A stretch of DNA of 54,212 nt, filler included, from Squatina squatina (lineage: Eukaryota): the NCBI GenBank assembly GCA_031763465.1. It is 3 parts of 3 records of this genome, joined end to end, with 100 filler letters (N's around TTAATTAATTAA, not from the genome) between each part and the next. Parts side by side here need not be neighbours in the genome. Positions count along the whole stretch, not along the records: positions 1 to 23,712 come from JARFOE010000080.1; 2 more parts are not named here. One strand, given 5' to 3'. Positions 1-11,905 of this stretch are shown here, in pieces. The notes under the pieces were generated by a model. That model saw only the letters and a list, made by a program, of their open reading frames with translations, did no database searches and was not told the DNA's origin. Position numbers and translations under genes: made by a program. The stretch's first letter is position 1; every line of letters starts with the position of its first letter.

Positions 1-1262
1 TGAAGAGGCTGGATTTGCAAAAAGAGCTTGAGATAACACTCAAATTCTGTACAATGCTTTGGGCTTCAGTGTACAAGTGAGCTGAAGTCCCAAACCAAAA
101 ATGTATTATGTGGAAGAGATTAATGTACTTGAAGTGTGAAACTAGCAGATTTTTAGGCAACATTTGGTTTGAAACCCAACTAATTCATTGGAGTAAACTT
201 GAATTGTGCCATTTTGAAAATGGTGGCTGCTCTGCACCTATATTCATACACTTGCCTTTTGTTTCTCTTGTTACAGTACGGTGTCAAACAGCTGATTAAT
301 TCGGAAACTGATAGTTATGTCTGTGTAACCTCCATCAACCATTTTACTCAAGGTTAATCTAATACTGGTATTTGAAAATCAGTATCAAAGGATTATAAAT
401 TACTGCTGAAAATATTTCCAGATGTTTAGTTGCAATTCAGAGCTATCAGAACAAAGAGAATTTCTTTACTGTTGAAAAGGTAAGCAGATGGATAGAGACA
501 GACCTACTTGCTAAACACGGGCAAATTTAATTAGCTAAGTTAAAACAGTGCTTGGCTAAATAGAGAGGTCAAATGTTAGAAAAATATAATGATGGCAGTA
601 GCTGCATTTGAAATTAAATCTATCTGGTAAATCATTTGAAACTAGTTATTGGTTTCAGTGGCACAAATTTATATGTCACCGTGAACAAAATGCCTCTCAG
701 GCACCACCACCTCATGGATGATCTCATAAGTTCAGTCACAGTCCAAATATGAAACTTACTTCATCAGACAGCCCCAAACTCAGATGAAAACGTAAAAAAA
801 CATTGTTGCTAACTCTAGTAAGGAAATATTTTCACTGCATAATACATATAAATAGTGAAAATCCCTGTTAAAAGAATAAAAAACAAAAACATGACATCTT
901 CTTCCTTCAAAATAAATATTTGCACAAGGCTGCCCCACGATTTCTCATTGTCATATCAATCTTGTAATACATCTATTTTGTAATGCAGAATCTGTGCACT
1001 CCTTGAAACTAAGAATTATCTAAGCACAATTAAATTTAGAAACTTCAGCTTTTTAATGTGCTTCTATCAGTCTTTCTGGACACTTAGAGATCAATTTGAT
1101 GATCCTATTCTTCCAGTGGGGAAGCGGCGCTTGAAGAGAATGTGGTTCAGAGACAGGCTAAANNNNNNNNNNNNNNNNNNNNNNNNNNNNNNNNNNNNNN
1201 NNNNNNNNNNNNNNNNNNNNNNNNNNNNNNNNNNNNNNNNNNNNNNNNNNNNNNNNNNNNNN

Positions 1263-1560
1263 CCACAAACAACAATGTGATAATCTGTTTTAGTGATGTT
1301 GATGGAGGGATAAAAATTGGCCACGACACCGGGAGAACTCCCTTGCTCTTCTCTAAATAGTGAAATGGGAATTTTTATTTCAACCTGAGAGGTCAGACAG
1401 GGCCTCAGTTTAATGTCTCATCCAAAGGACGGCACCTCCAACAGTGCAGCACTCCCTCAGTACTACACTGGAATGTCAGACTACATTTTGTGCTTAAGAG
1501 TCTGGAGTGGAACTTGAGCCCACACATTCTGACTCAGAAGGTACTGAGCCACGGTTGACA
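1263..1560 (-). mobile_element. Deu-domain tRNA-derived SINE (SacSINE1/AmnSINE1-like), 3' end cut by gap
   Basis: The reverse complement reads a tRNA-like head, then GTACTGAGGGAGTGCTGCACTGTTGGAGGTGCCGTCCTTTGGATGAGACATTAAACTGAGGCCCTGTCTG and CATCACTAAAACAGATTAT, the DeuSINE core. Homologous copies lie at ~11650, ~14030 and ~21380. Confidence 0.85.
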
Positions 1561-3113
1561 CCAAATAAGATGTGGCAAACCAGTCTGAGAAAAAATGAAC
1601 TATTACATCATATTTGGTGAAGAAATGAGGAAATAGTAATGTAAAAAAAGGTGGTGAGATAGTCTCCCCAAAAAAATGATTGTACTTGGCCCAGTTAAAG
1701 CTCTGTGTGAGGCACCAAATATTCTAAATAGCAGCTAGTACCTACAATCTTTCACAGTCTCCCAATAAATGACCCACATGCAGGTAATGAAGAGAAATTA
1801 TTACTTAGACAGAGGCAGGAATACACTCATTAATCTGTCACCTTCAACAAATATTCACTGTAATCATAATGGCACCCACACAAAACATAATCCCACACAT
1901 GATGGGTGACCCAAAATTATGGCACAGCTTTATCTGTCAGAAATGACAAGCTTTGTTAATTGTGGGTTGAATACTAGTTTGGACCTGAATGGAATATTAT
2001 CCACTTCTTTTTGAATTGTTTTCATTGCCAAAGATTAGTTGTGCATCATAATTTTGGGCCTGTGCCCAATTCTAGCCTAGAACNNNNNNNNNNNNNNNNN
2101 NNNNNNNNNNNNNNNNNNNNNNNNNNNNNNNNNNNNNNNNNNNNNNNNNNNNNNNNNNNNNNNNNNNNNNNNNNNNNNNNNNNTAAGTGTTTGAGAAAAT
2201 GGTTCTGTTCTTCAGTAGAATCACATAAATGTTATTATTTTGCGGCACTTCCCTGTCTTGCATGTTATTGGTTGCTGGGTGGCAAATCGCCTTTTAACTC
2301 GCTCGAGGATGAATGGGAAGACATGAATTGATGGGGACCAATGATGGATGTGCATGAGGTGGTTGCTTGTTTGCAGGACTGGTTTATGTCAGTGGTATTG
2401 TGGGGGAGGAGAGAATGGCCATTAGTTACACAGATGCTGACAGAACTTCATGATTGACAGGTAAAACTAACAGAAATCTTCATGTTTATTTTCTAGATTT
2501 GGAACCCTGCCCTTAAACCAACACAAATTACAGCACTGCATTGTTTTATGGCTTTCTAGTGCTTTCCCACTGGTCATATATTTTTATTGCATTGGTTTTT
2601 GCATCATTTCCTTATATTATTTACAACTGTTGTATGATGATAAGGGGTAGCGTATTAGTGTTCTCTCTGTCAACACCACATAAAAAAAATATTGGTTCGG
2701 TACAGTAATCATTAAAACTACAGCATCTAAACAACATAATCTCATGTCTTCAGGGGTTTTTAAAGGGAATTTGTTTGTGGGAACATTTTCCTTTACAATG
2801 GTTACGATATTTTTAGTTTTGTTGATTATTCATGACCAGCAGCTGTGAACTCAGAATTCACATTCACGTATGTTTGAAATGATATGACCCATCTATTGTA
2901 CCATTTTCTTAGACAGATACTACTGATGGTTCAATGGATAAAAGGAATAAAGGGGGAAATGGTAGTTATCCTGGACATGTGTCATTAAAAACATAAAAAG
3001 GTATAGTAATTNNNNNNNNNNNNNNNNNNNNNNNNNNNNNNNNNNNNNNNNNNNNNNNNNNNNNNNNNNNNNNNNNNNNNNNNNNNNNNNNNNNNNNNNN
3101 NNNNNNNNNNNAT

Positions 3114-3223
3114 CCTCTATCTATATAGGAAATCCCAAGATTCGGAAATCCTCTGTCTACATAGGAAATCCATAGATTCTAAAACCCTCTATCTATTTAG
3201 GAAATCCATAGAATCTAAAGCCC
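3114..3223 (+). repeat. 36-bp tandem repeat, ~3 copies, abutting a gap
   Basis: The unit cctctrtctayataggaaatccatagattctaaaac is seen three times with few substitutions. Confidence 0.8.
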
Positions 3224-4045
3224 AATGCACAGATCAGCTCCTTTACACAAAATTGTGTGATTTCACTCACCCCTGAAACATTCATCAGTGTGTTCAAACT
3301 CTGATATTACAATAAGATGAGACTTTAGAAATTTCCAGGTAGATCACATGATACAAGCTTCTTCAATGAAACTTGCATAGAGACAACTTGGGCAAAGCTA
3401 CTGTTATACACAAGGACATTCGTAAGATGACTGATATATGAATACACTTGAGACCTCAGTGAAGGTGAATCAGGGTGTGGCATTTAAATGTAATTTTCCA
3501 ACTATACAGCATAATGTAGTAAGTTAATTTTTGAGTGGTGTAAGCTCATGAGCAATAAGGAGAGAAGATAATGTACAAATATTTGATAGATTACTGTCTA
3601 ATTCCTTCAGGGAAGCTTTATATGAAATATTATTTCTTCCAGTGTGGTTTTGTAATTCTTGATTTCTTGCTTCCATACCATTTATTAAATTATCCAACTT
3701 TGCCAGTTAGGTTTGCATCCAATCTGAATATTTCAATTTATTTCAATATATATTAGTACTCCACTAAAATGGTTCCATTTTATTTTATCCAATACCAACT
3801 TGGCACCTGGGCTTCACTAAACAAAGCTAATGGTCGTTTCCAACCATGTGCACCTTGTAGATCTGAACTCAGCTTAGTGTTGCTGGGCATCAGTGGAATG
3901 TGACTGCACACTTCATGATTGTGAAGGGCATCATGCATTACGTCTGCTTCTGTCATCATCTGTACTGAACAGCTGCTTCACTGTCAATGTAGTAATATGC
4001 AAGAGGACTTCAATCTTCACTCCCAGTTAGTGCAGTAATAAAGAA

Positions 4046-4118
4046 GTGAAATACTGCGGATGCTGGAATCTAGAATACAAACAAAAAATGCTGGAAAAAC
4101 TCAGCAGGTCAGGCAGCA
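4046..4118. mobile_element. Terminal fragment of a chondrichthyan Penelope-like repeat, truncated by gap
   Basis: aaatactgcggatgctggaatctagaatacaaacaaaaaatgctggaaaaactcagcaggtcaggcagca resembles the common shark Penelope-associated terminal sequence as I recall it. Confidence 0.55.
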
Positions 4119-4743
4119 NNNNNNNNNNNNNNNNNNNNNNNNNNNNNNNNNNNNNNNNNNNNNNNNNNNNNNNNNNNNNNNNNNNNNNNNNNNNNNNNNN
4201 NNNNNNNNNNNNNNNNNNTTTAAATGATTGTGACTCCCATACACTACTGGCACACTGGCTCCCAATATATCAGGTCTAACCCTCCAGTGACCCTCTCTGG
4301 CCTACAGTAAAGACAAGGATGTTATTGGTTAGTAAAGCAGCTTTGATGCGGTGGCCCACTGCTTCCAAAGAGGGGATATTCCACGTAGGGGCTTCAGAGA
4401 ATAAGGGTCTTTTCATAACCTCAATTACTGTAGGGTTAATCCCCAGCTGGTTGCCTGTTAAAGACTGATATTGCCCAGTAAGCACTTGTGGTCAGAGAGC
4501 TACATAAAGTGCATCTCAAACTGTCAAGTATTTCTTTCTCTCAGTGGCAGTCAGGAAAATCTGCTGACTGCTGGAACTAATCCCTTTTTCGCTTGACTTT
4601 GAATGAATTGCAGGGGAACTACTTAGTTTATTAGGCCGATGGAAGCCTTGTCAGAAAAGAAAACATAAAATTGGCTGGATCAGTTTGGATTTCATAAGCA
4701 GAAGCAACTCACTGTGCGGTGTACTAATCAGTGATCATCCGAT

Positions 4744-7124
4744 CTGTTTACTACAGACATTGAAGGACTGTTTACTACAGACATTGAAGGACTGTTTACT
4801 ACAGACATTAAAGGACTGTTTACGACAGACACTGAAGGATTGTTTTACTACAGACATTGAAGGGCTGTTTAGTGCAAACATTGAAGGACTGTTTACTACA
4901 GACATTGAAGAACTGTTTACTACAGACACTGAAAGACTGCTAACTACAGACAGAAGGGCTGTTTACTACAGACATTAATGGGCTTTTTATTACAGACACT
5001 GAATAACTGTTTACTACAGACATTGAAGGACTATTTACAAGAGACATTGAAGGGCTGTTTCCTACAGACACTGAAGGGCTGTTCACTACAGCCATTAAAG
5101 GACTGTTTACTACAGCCATTAAAGGACTGTTTACTATAGACAATAAAGGGTTGATTCCGACAGATATTGAAGGACTGTTTACTGCATACATTAAAGGATT
5201 GTTTACTCCAGACATTGACTGGCTGTTCACTACTGGCATTGAAGGGCTGTTCACGACAGACATTGAAGGACTGCTTACTACAGATATTAACGGACTGTTT
5301 ACTCCAGACATTAAAGGGCTGTTCACTACAGACATTGAAGGACTGTTTACGACAGACATTAAAGGACTGTTTACTGCATACATTAAAGGGCTGTTCACTA
5401 GTGGCATTGAAGAGCTGTTCATTACAGACATTGAAGGACTGTTTACTACAGACATTAAAGGACTGTTTACTGCATACATTAAAGGGCTGTTCACTACTTG
5501 CATTAAAGGGCTGTTTACAACAAATATTAAAGGACTGTGTACTGCAGACATTAAAGGACAGTTTATTACAGACATTGAAGGACTGTTCAATACAGACACT
5601 GAAGGACTGTTTACTACAGATATTAAAGGACTGTTTAATACAGACATTAAAGGACTATTTACTACAGACATTGAAGGACTGCTAACTACAGACAGTAAAG
5701 GACTGTTTACTACAGACATTAAAGGACTGTGTACTACAGACATTGAAAGACTGTTTATTCAGATATTAAAGGACTGTTTACTAGAGACATTGCAGGGCTG
5801 TTCACTACAGACATTGAAACACTGTTTACCACAGACATTAAAGGACTGTTTACTACAGAATTAAAGGGCTGTCCACTACCGGCATTGAAGGGCTATTCAC
5901 TACCGGAATTGAAGGGCTGTTCACTCCAGTCATTGAAGGTCTGTTTACTAGAGACATTAAATGATTGTTTACTACAGACATTAAAGGGCTGTTCACTACT
6001 GGCATTGAAGGGCTGTTCACTACAGACATTAAAGGACTGTTTACTACAGACATTAAAGGGCTGTTCACTACCGGCATTGAAGGACTGTTCACTATTTGCA
6101 TTGAAGTGCTGTTCACTACCAGCATTGAAGGTCTGTTCACTACAGACATTAAAGGGCTGTTCACTACCAGCATTGAAGGGCTGTTCACTACTGGCATTGA
6201 ATGGCTGTTCACTACTGGCCTTGAAGGGCTTTTCACTACTGGCATTGAAGGGCTGTTCACTACAGACATTAAAGGGCTGTTAACTACTGGCATTGAAGGG
6301 CTGTTCACTACAGACATTAAATGACTGTTTACTACAGACATTAAAGGGCTGTTCACTACAGACATTGAAGGGCTGTTTACTACAGACATTAAATGACTGT
6401 TTACTACAGATATTAAACGGCTGATCGCTACAGACCTTGAAGGACTATCTACTACAGACATTAAAGGACTGTTTACTGCAGACATTAAAGGACTGTTTAC
6501 TACAGACATTGAAGAATGTTTTACTACAGACATTAAGTGGCGTTTTACTAGAGACATTAAAGGGCTGTTCACTACAGAAATTGAAGGACTGTTTACTACA
6601 TACATTAAAGGGCTGTTAACCACAGACATTAAAGGGCTGTTCACTACAGACATTGAAGGACTGTTTACTACAGACATTAAAGTACTATTTACTGCAGACA
6701 TTAAAGGAATGCTTAGTACAGCCAGTAAAGGACTGTTTACTACAGACATTGAAGGGCTGCTCACTACAGACATTGAAGAACTGTTTACTACAGACATTGA
6801 AGGATTGTTCACTACAGACATTGAAGGACTGTTTACTACAGACATTAAAGGACCGTTTACTACAGACATTAAAGGCCAGTTTACTACATATATTAAATGG
6901 CGTTTTTCTAGAGACATTAAAGGGCTGTTCACTACAGAAATTGAAGGACTGTTTACTACGTACATTAAAGGGCTGTTTACCACAGACATTAAAGGGCTGT
7001 TCACTACAGACATTGAAGGACTCTTTACTACAGACATTAAAGTACTGTTTACTGCAGACATTAAAGGAATGCTTAGTACAGCCAGTAAAGGACTGTTTAC
7101 TACAGACATTGAAGGGCTGCTCAC
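4744..7124 (+). repeat. 24-bp minisatellite, ~99 units, runs into a gap
   Basis: Consensus ctgtttactacagacatt(g/a)aagg(a/g). This explains all the LFTTDIEG, LLQTLKDC and MSVVNSPS ORFs. Small deletions occur near 4950 and 5860. Confidence 0.97.
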
Positions 7125-7336
7125 NNNNNNNNNNNNNNNNNNNNNNNNNNNNNNNNNNNNNNNNNNNNNNNNNNNNNNNNNNNNNNNNNNNNNNNNNNNN
7201 NNNNNNNNNNNNNNNNNNNNNNNNGTGAGCATATCGTCTGCACCTACACTCATCCACAAGATCACTTCACTGTGTGAGGGGGTGACTGCAAGTCCCAACC
7301 AAACCCTTGGGGTTTAGTCTGGGGGTCCTGTGATAG

Positions 7337-7576
7337 TGTAATTCACGGGAGGGTTCTTTTATTAGGTCATGGTAATTTAGCATGGTAGGGTTTGTTGGAC
7401 AAGCCAGGGTTGTACTGTCTGGTACTGTTTACGAGCGTTATTGTTAATCTTATTAAACGTAATACAGTTGAGCCCAAAAAAACGTGTGCCCGAGTCTGAT
7501 CTGTCCATATAATCCCTATCATCCAGAACTTGTAGTAAGAGGTGCATTTTTGGTACGCCCGAGAAAACCACTTACA
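7337..7576 (+). mobile_element. Candidate solo LTR (240 bp)
   Basis: Termini TGTAA...TTACA, flanks GATAG/GATGG (5-bp TSD with one mismatch), and an internal ATTAAA at ~7452. Confidence 0.45.
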
Positions 7577-8365
7577 GATGGGTAGCTCTACTTCGTTGGA
7601 ATATTGGCTCCAATGGAAAATGGACAGAGCTATGCCTATAGTATCTCATCAAAACTGGAAGCTTAGGCAGTTAAAAAAAATATATAGCAAAGATACAAGA
7701 CATTTCTTCTAACAGCAGGATCCCGTTAGTTCAGTGGATGCTCATGAATTACATTTACTTTCTTTGTTTGAATTCCATGCCAGTCATGGGTAGACAGTGC
7801 CAGTCTATAAATACTTCTTCCTTGTTTTCAGTGTGAAAAGAGCCATACTGTGTGTTGCTCATAATTCCAGGAACTAATATGTAGACTGGCGCTGCCAACC
7901 CCTGCTGGCACCTAGATACCCTGCTGGTACATATATTTAAGTAATAATACACAGAGGCAATAAAGTACATGCTACTATATTATCCAGCAGTCAATGAATG
8001 GAAAGAAAAGGAGGAATCAAGCTGTTTATTGATTTCCACGTACATATTACAATGGGGCATTAACCTGCCCTGCATAGCTGGTAGGAATTAAGCAGAGCCA
8101 GTAATTACAAAGATGTGCCACTCACTAATAAAATAACTGGGGATTGTGCCATAAAAAGCAAGACATCAAATCATTTATTAAAACTGAATTTTATGGATAC
8201 ACTTATATGCAAATCTAATAAGCAAAGACCNNNNNNNNNNNNNNNNNNNNNNNNNNNNNNNNNNNNNNNNNNNNNNNNNNNNNNNNNNNNNNNNNNNNNN
8301 NNNNNNNNNNNNNNNNNNNNNNNNNNNNNNTTAAAATATTTTATATAGAAGGTTTTATGTGCTTT

Positions 8366-8371
8366 TTTATT
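8366..8371 (-). other. Candidate polyadenylation signal (AATAAA) for the TLDc gene
   Basis: tttatt on + reads AATAAA on -. It lies ~1.1 kb downstream of the stop, in the same contig. Confidence 0.3.
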
Positions 8372-9507
8372 TTCTAATCAAATTGACAATTTGACAGTTT
8401 ACTTGCACTCACCAACATTTTTAGCTGTCATGCTCAAAAGCATTCAAAGTCCTTTTGAGTGTTATCTGTTGCTCTCTGTTTTTCTAACGACCGCTTATTA
8501 CCATGAATAACTGCTATTATACATCTTTTTGGTCGCCACCCATATTACTTTACTTTCTTTCTTTTGACAGATTCTACAATTTAGAACAACGGCATTGGGA
8601 CTATAGCTACGCACATTCTGAATGGTGTTTCTGTGTCAGGTAAAGTATCCAGACAAAGGAGAAGATGCAAGAGTTGTATGAGATTGACATCCTTTGTAGT
8701 CTTGGCTGTGATTGATCTACGGCATGTCAACTTTGAACTGGAAATGAGCAACGTTCTTAAGGTCTCCATGATATGACTTAAACGATTTGAGACGCACCTT
8801 AGGCAAAATTCCCAGAGGGAGGTTTAAATCACAATGAAACACAAAACTCAAAGAAATTAATGTCTGTACATGAGGCACCTGGTATTATTTCCTCTATTGT
8901 TTGCCATGGTGGGCTCTAAATTTCCAGAGAATATTAAACATTCCAAGTCAGGACTATAAGCAACGTGATAAAACAATTAAAAAAAAGACTAGGCTAGCAT
9001 ACTAGTATTCAACAATGCGCCTTCAGCATGCATTATGTTGTCATAAAATGCTTTTATATTATTAAATATCCCTTTAAATTGAAAAGCACTGCCTTGCACC
9101 ATGGCTTTGGCCGTACTAGCAATTTATAGCCAGCCACTCTTTGGCTAGCACACAGCATTTGGAAGGAACTATGTCTATCTTGACAAAGTTTTCTTTTGCT
9201 CTCCCTTCATACCCAAAAGCATTTCTGTCAAAAAAGTTTCACCGACTCAACTTGTTTCCTTTAGCACGTGATAAGATGCAGATGTAAGGGTCCCAAGCAA
9301 GTTGACAGAATACCTTTCTGGAAAGCTGTGCCCTGTAATCTTCTTTTGCAGTTCAGCTTTAGAAATGTAGCTTAAGCATTCAGAAACATGCTCCTTTACA
9401 GAATGTTGAGAGCACTGGATACAATATAAGGCAGCTAGCAGTGGAATCCTATCATCCATCGGATTTAATAGCAGAACCGAGGTGGACTGGTAAAAGATCA
9501 CGCAAAT

Positions 9508-9675
<168 letters not shown>

Positions 9676-10086
9676 TTAGTTAGATAACATAAATTCGTCA
9701 CCACAAATTCAGTATTGATTGTGTCTGTGTTTATTCATCACATTTATTATCTATTCATTTATTCATTTATTTATTACCAACAAGGTCCATTTCTGAACAA
9801 CACAGCTAAGACCTATCCCATTGACCTCTGTAAACTATAGCAAAGTAGATCCACAATATTAACAATACATTCTCCCTACATACCACATCCCGTCTATTGT
9901 TATTAAATGTCAATTTATCTGGGTAACTAGTGAAATCCGCACATATAAAAATAAAGTTTGTTCTATGTTGAGAATGCCACCATTATCTTTCAGTGGTAAC
10001 ACTGTAACTTCTGATTTTCTCTGAAACTCGCAATATTTTAAAGACTGCCTTTTTCTAACTTTAACTGTAAAGAAGTTAATTTCATA

Positions 10087-10980
10087 TAGGGAAATTGCGA
10101 TCTCCCTGGGTGGAAACAATGTTCCCACGCACCTGGGGAGACATCGCAAAAGCTGATTAATCCTAAGCCCGCATAACCAGCACTTGCATTCTGCCAAGAA
10201 TCTTCTGGACAGATCCAACGCTGAGGCTGCGGAGTCTATCCCCAGCGCTGAGCTTTGCGATATTTTTGCAAAAACTTTCGCTGGGGATCTCTTCAAATTT
10301 TTTATTCTTGGTGAAACCTAGCGTATCTGCTTGGTTTTACCATTGCAAGAAATGCTCAGAAACTTTAATTCATAAAAATAAATGGGACATTACTTGAAAA
10401 CCATTCCCAGTAAGGTAAGTATGTTTTTAAACATTTGAAAAGATGTTTTTTTAAAAAAAAATGTTTTTGTGTTATTTCTGTCCTTTTTATTAAATTTTAC
10501 TGTTAGAATCGTTTTTTAAATGTTTTGGGATGCGTTTGTGTTGTTTTTCATCTTTCAATGAAGTTTTGACAATTCTTGACAGATCGCTGAGAACTGCCAA
10601 AACTTCATTGAAAGACACACCTACCTGATTGGTGAGCATGAAGTTGAGAAGGTGAATCGTTGATCTGCAGGGTAAAATGGTGAAGTCCATGCTTCCATAC
10701 TGTGTCATACACTGCTGATAGGTCCACAAGTGCTACGGTGGTCTTGAGCTAGGGCCGGAAACCTGCTTCGATGTGTGTTGTTAAAGTTACTACTTGGTTT
10801 CAGCAGTTACGGCCGCTCCGTAAGCCCGTTTGGTCCTTAGAAATGGTTGGCTCAATGATGGGGGCTACTGTGTAGAGTAGTAGCTTCTCCAGCACTTTAT
10901 TACAAGTGCAAAGTAAGGAGATCGGGCAGTAGCTGGAGACTTCACAAGCATTCTTTCCCTGCTTCAGAAGGGCAATTATA
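10087..10980. mobile_element. Probable degraded non-autonomous DNA transposon
   Basis: A CpG-containing segment begins with an imperfect hairpin (ttgcgatctccc...gggagacatcgcaa) and has an internal aggtaagt, like the GC-rich MITE at 26593. Ends are poorly defined. Confidence 0.35.
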
Positions 10981-11039
10981 TTAGTCTCCCTCCAAATAGG
11001 TTGAATTTTACCAGTTGTCTCTACCTCAGAGAAGGAGGT

Positions 11040-11540
11040 AAACCATCTCTTTGGGTCCCAGTGCTTTTAAGAGTTCTGTCTATTATGTGCCACCTTATCG
11101 AAGGCCTTTTGAAAATCTAGTTAAATTGCATCTGCTACATCAGCCTTGTCTACTCTCTCTGTTAGCTCTTCAAAAAATTCAAAACAGTTGGTCAAGCAAG
11201 ACTTTCTCTTTTGAAGTCAATGTTGACTATTATATTTTTGCTTTCTAGATGTTCTTCCATTTTCTCCTTTAGTAGGGATTCCATTATTTTTCCTATCACC
11301 AATGTTAAGCTGACTGGTCTATGATTCCCTGGACATGTTCTATCCCCCTTCTTAAATATAGGCATTACGTTAGTGATCCACTAGTCCTCTAGCACTACAC
11401 CTTTTTCGAACAAGTTATTAAATATGTGTAGTGATGGCACTGCTATCTTTTCCCTAGATTATTTTCAAAAATGTGTGAATGCAATCCATCCAGACCAGGG
11501 GTTTTATCCTCTTTGAGTTTGATTAGTTTATTTAATGTAG
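11040..11540 (-). mobile_element. CR1 LINE ORF2 (reverse transcriptase) fragment, degraded
   Basis: The minus strand encodes KSCLTNCFEFFEELTERVDKADVADAI*LDFQKAFDKVAH, matching the CR1 RT motifs SCLTNL.EFFE and LDFQKAFDKV. Confidence 0.9.
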
Positions 11541-11651
11541 NNNNNNNNNNNNNNNNNNNNNNNNNNNNNNNNNNNNNNNNNNNNNNNNNNNNNNNNNNNN
11601 NNNNNNNNNNNNNNNNNNNNNNNNNNNNNNNNNNNNNNNNTGAGGTACATA

Positions 11652-11905
11652 GCAGTTAATTTGTTTTAGTGAAGTTGGTTGAGATAGATAGGATACTGGG
11701 CAGACTCCCCAGCTCTGCGTCGAATAGTGCCATGAGAGCATTTACATCCAGCTGACAAGCAGACAATGCCTCAGCTTAACATCTCATCCAAAAGATGACA
11801 CCTCCAAGCAGTGCAGTACTCCCTCAGCTCCCTCAGCACTCCCTCAGTACTGCACTGGAGTGTCAGCCTAGGTTATATGCTCAAATCTCTGGCTTGAACC
11901 CACAG
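11652..11905 (-). mobile_element. Deu-domain SINE copy followed by a (TA)n microsatellite
   Basis: Shares catctcatccaaaagatgacacctcc and gcactccctcagtactgcactggagtgtcagcc with the 1263-1560 copy. Confidence 0.8.

Noticed and set aside
7224-7257. Minus-strand CRCRRYAH resembling the Harbinger RRRYAH motif
   Set aside because: The match is too short, and the flanking sequence does not align with the two transposase copies.
4685-7317. Long ORFs (up to 481 aa) in several frames
   Set aside because: They are a by-product of a 24-bp repeat lacking stops in three frames. They are open on both strands, broken by frameshifts, have no splice context, and some run through Ns.
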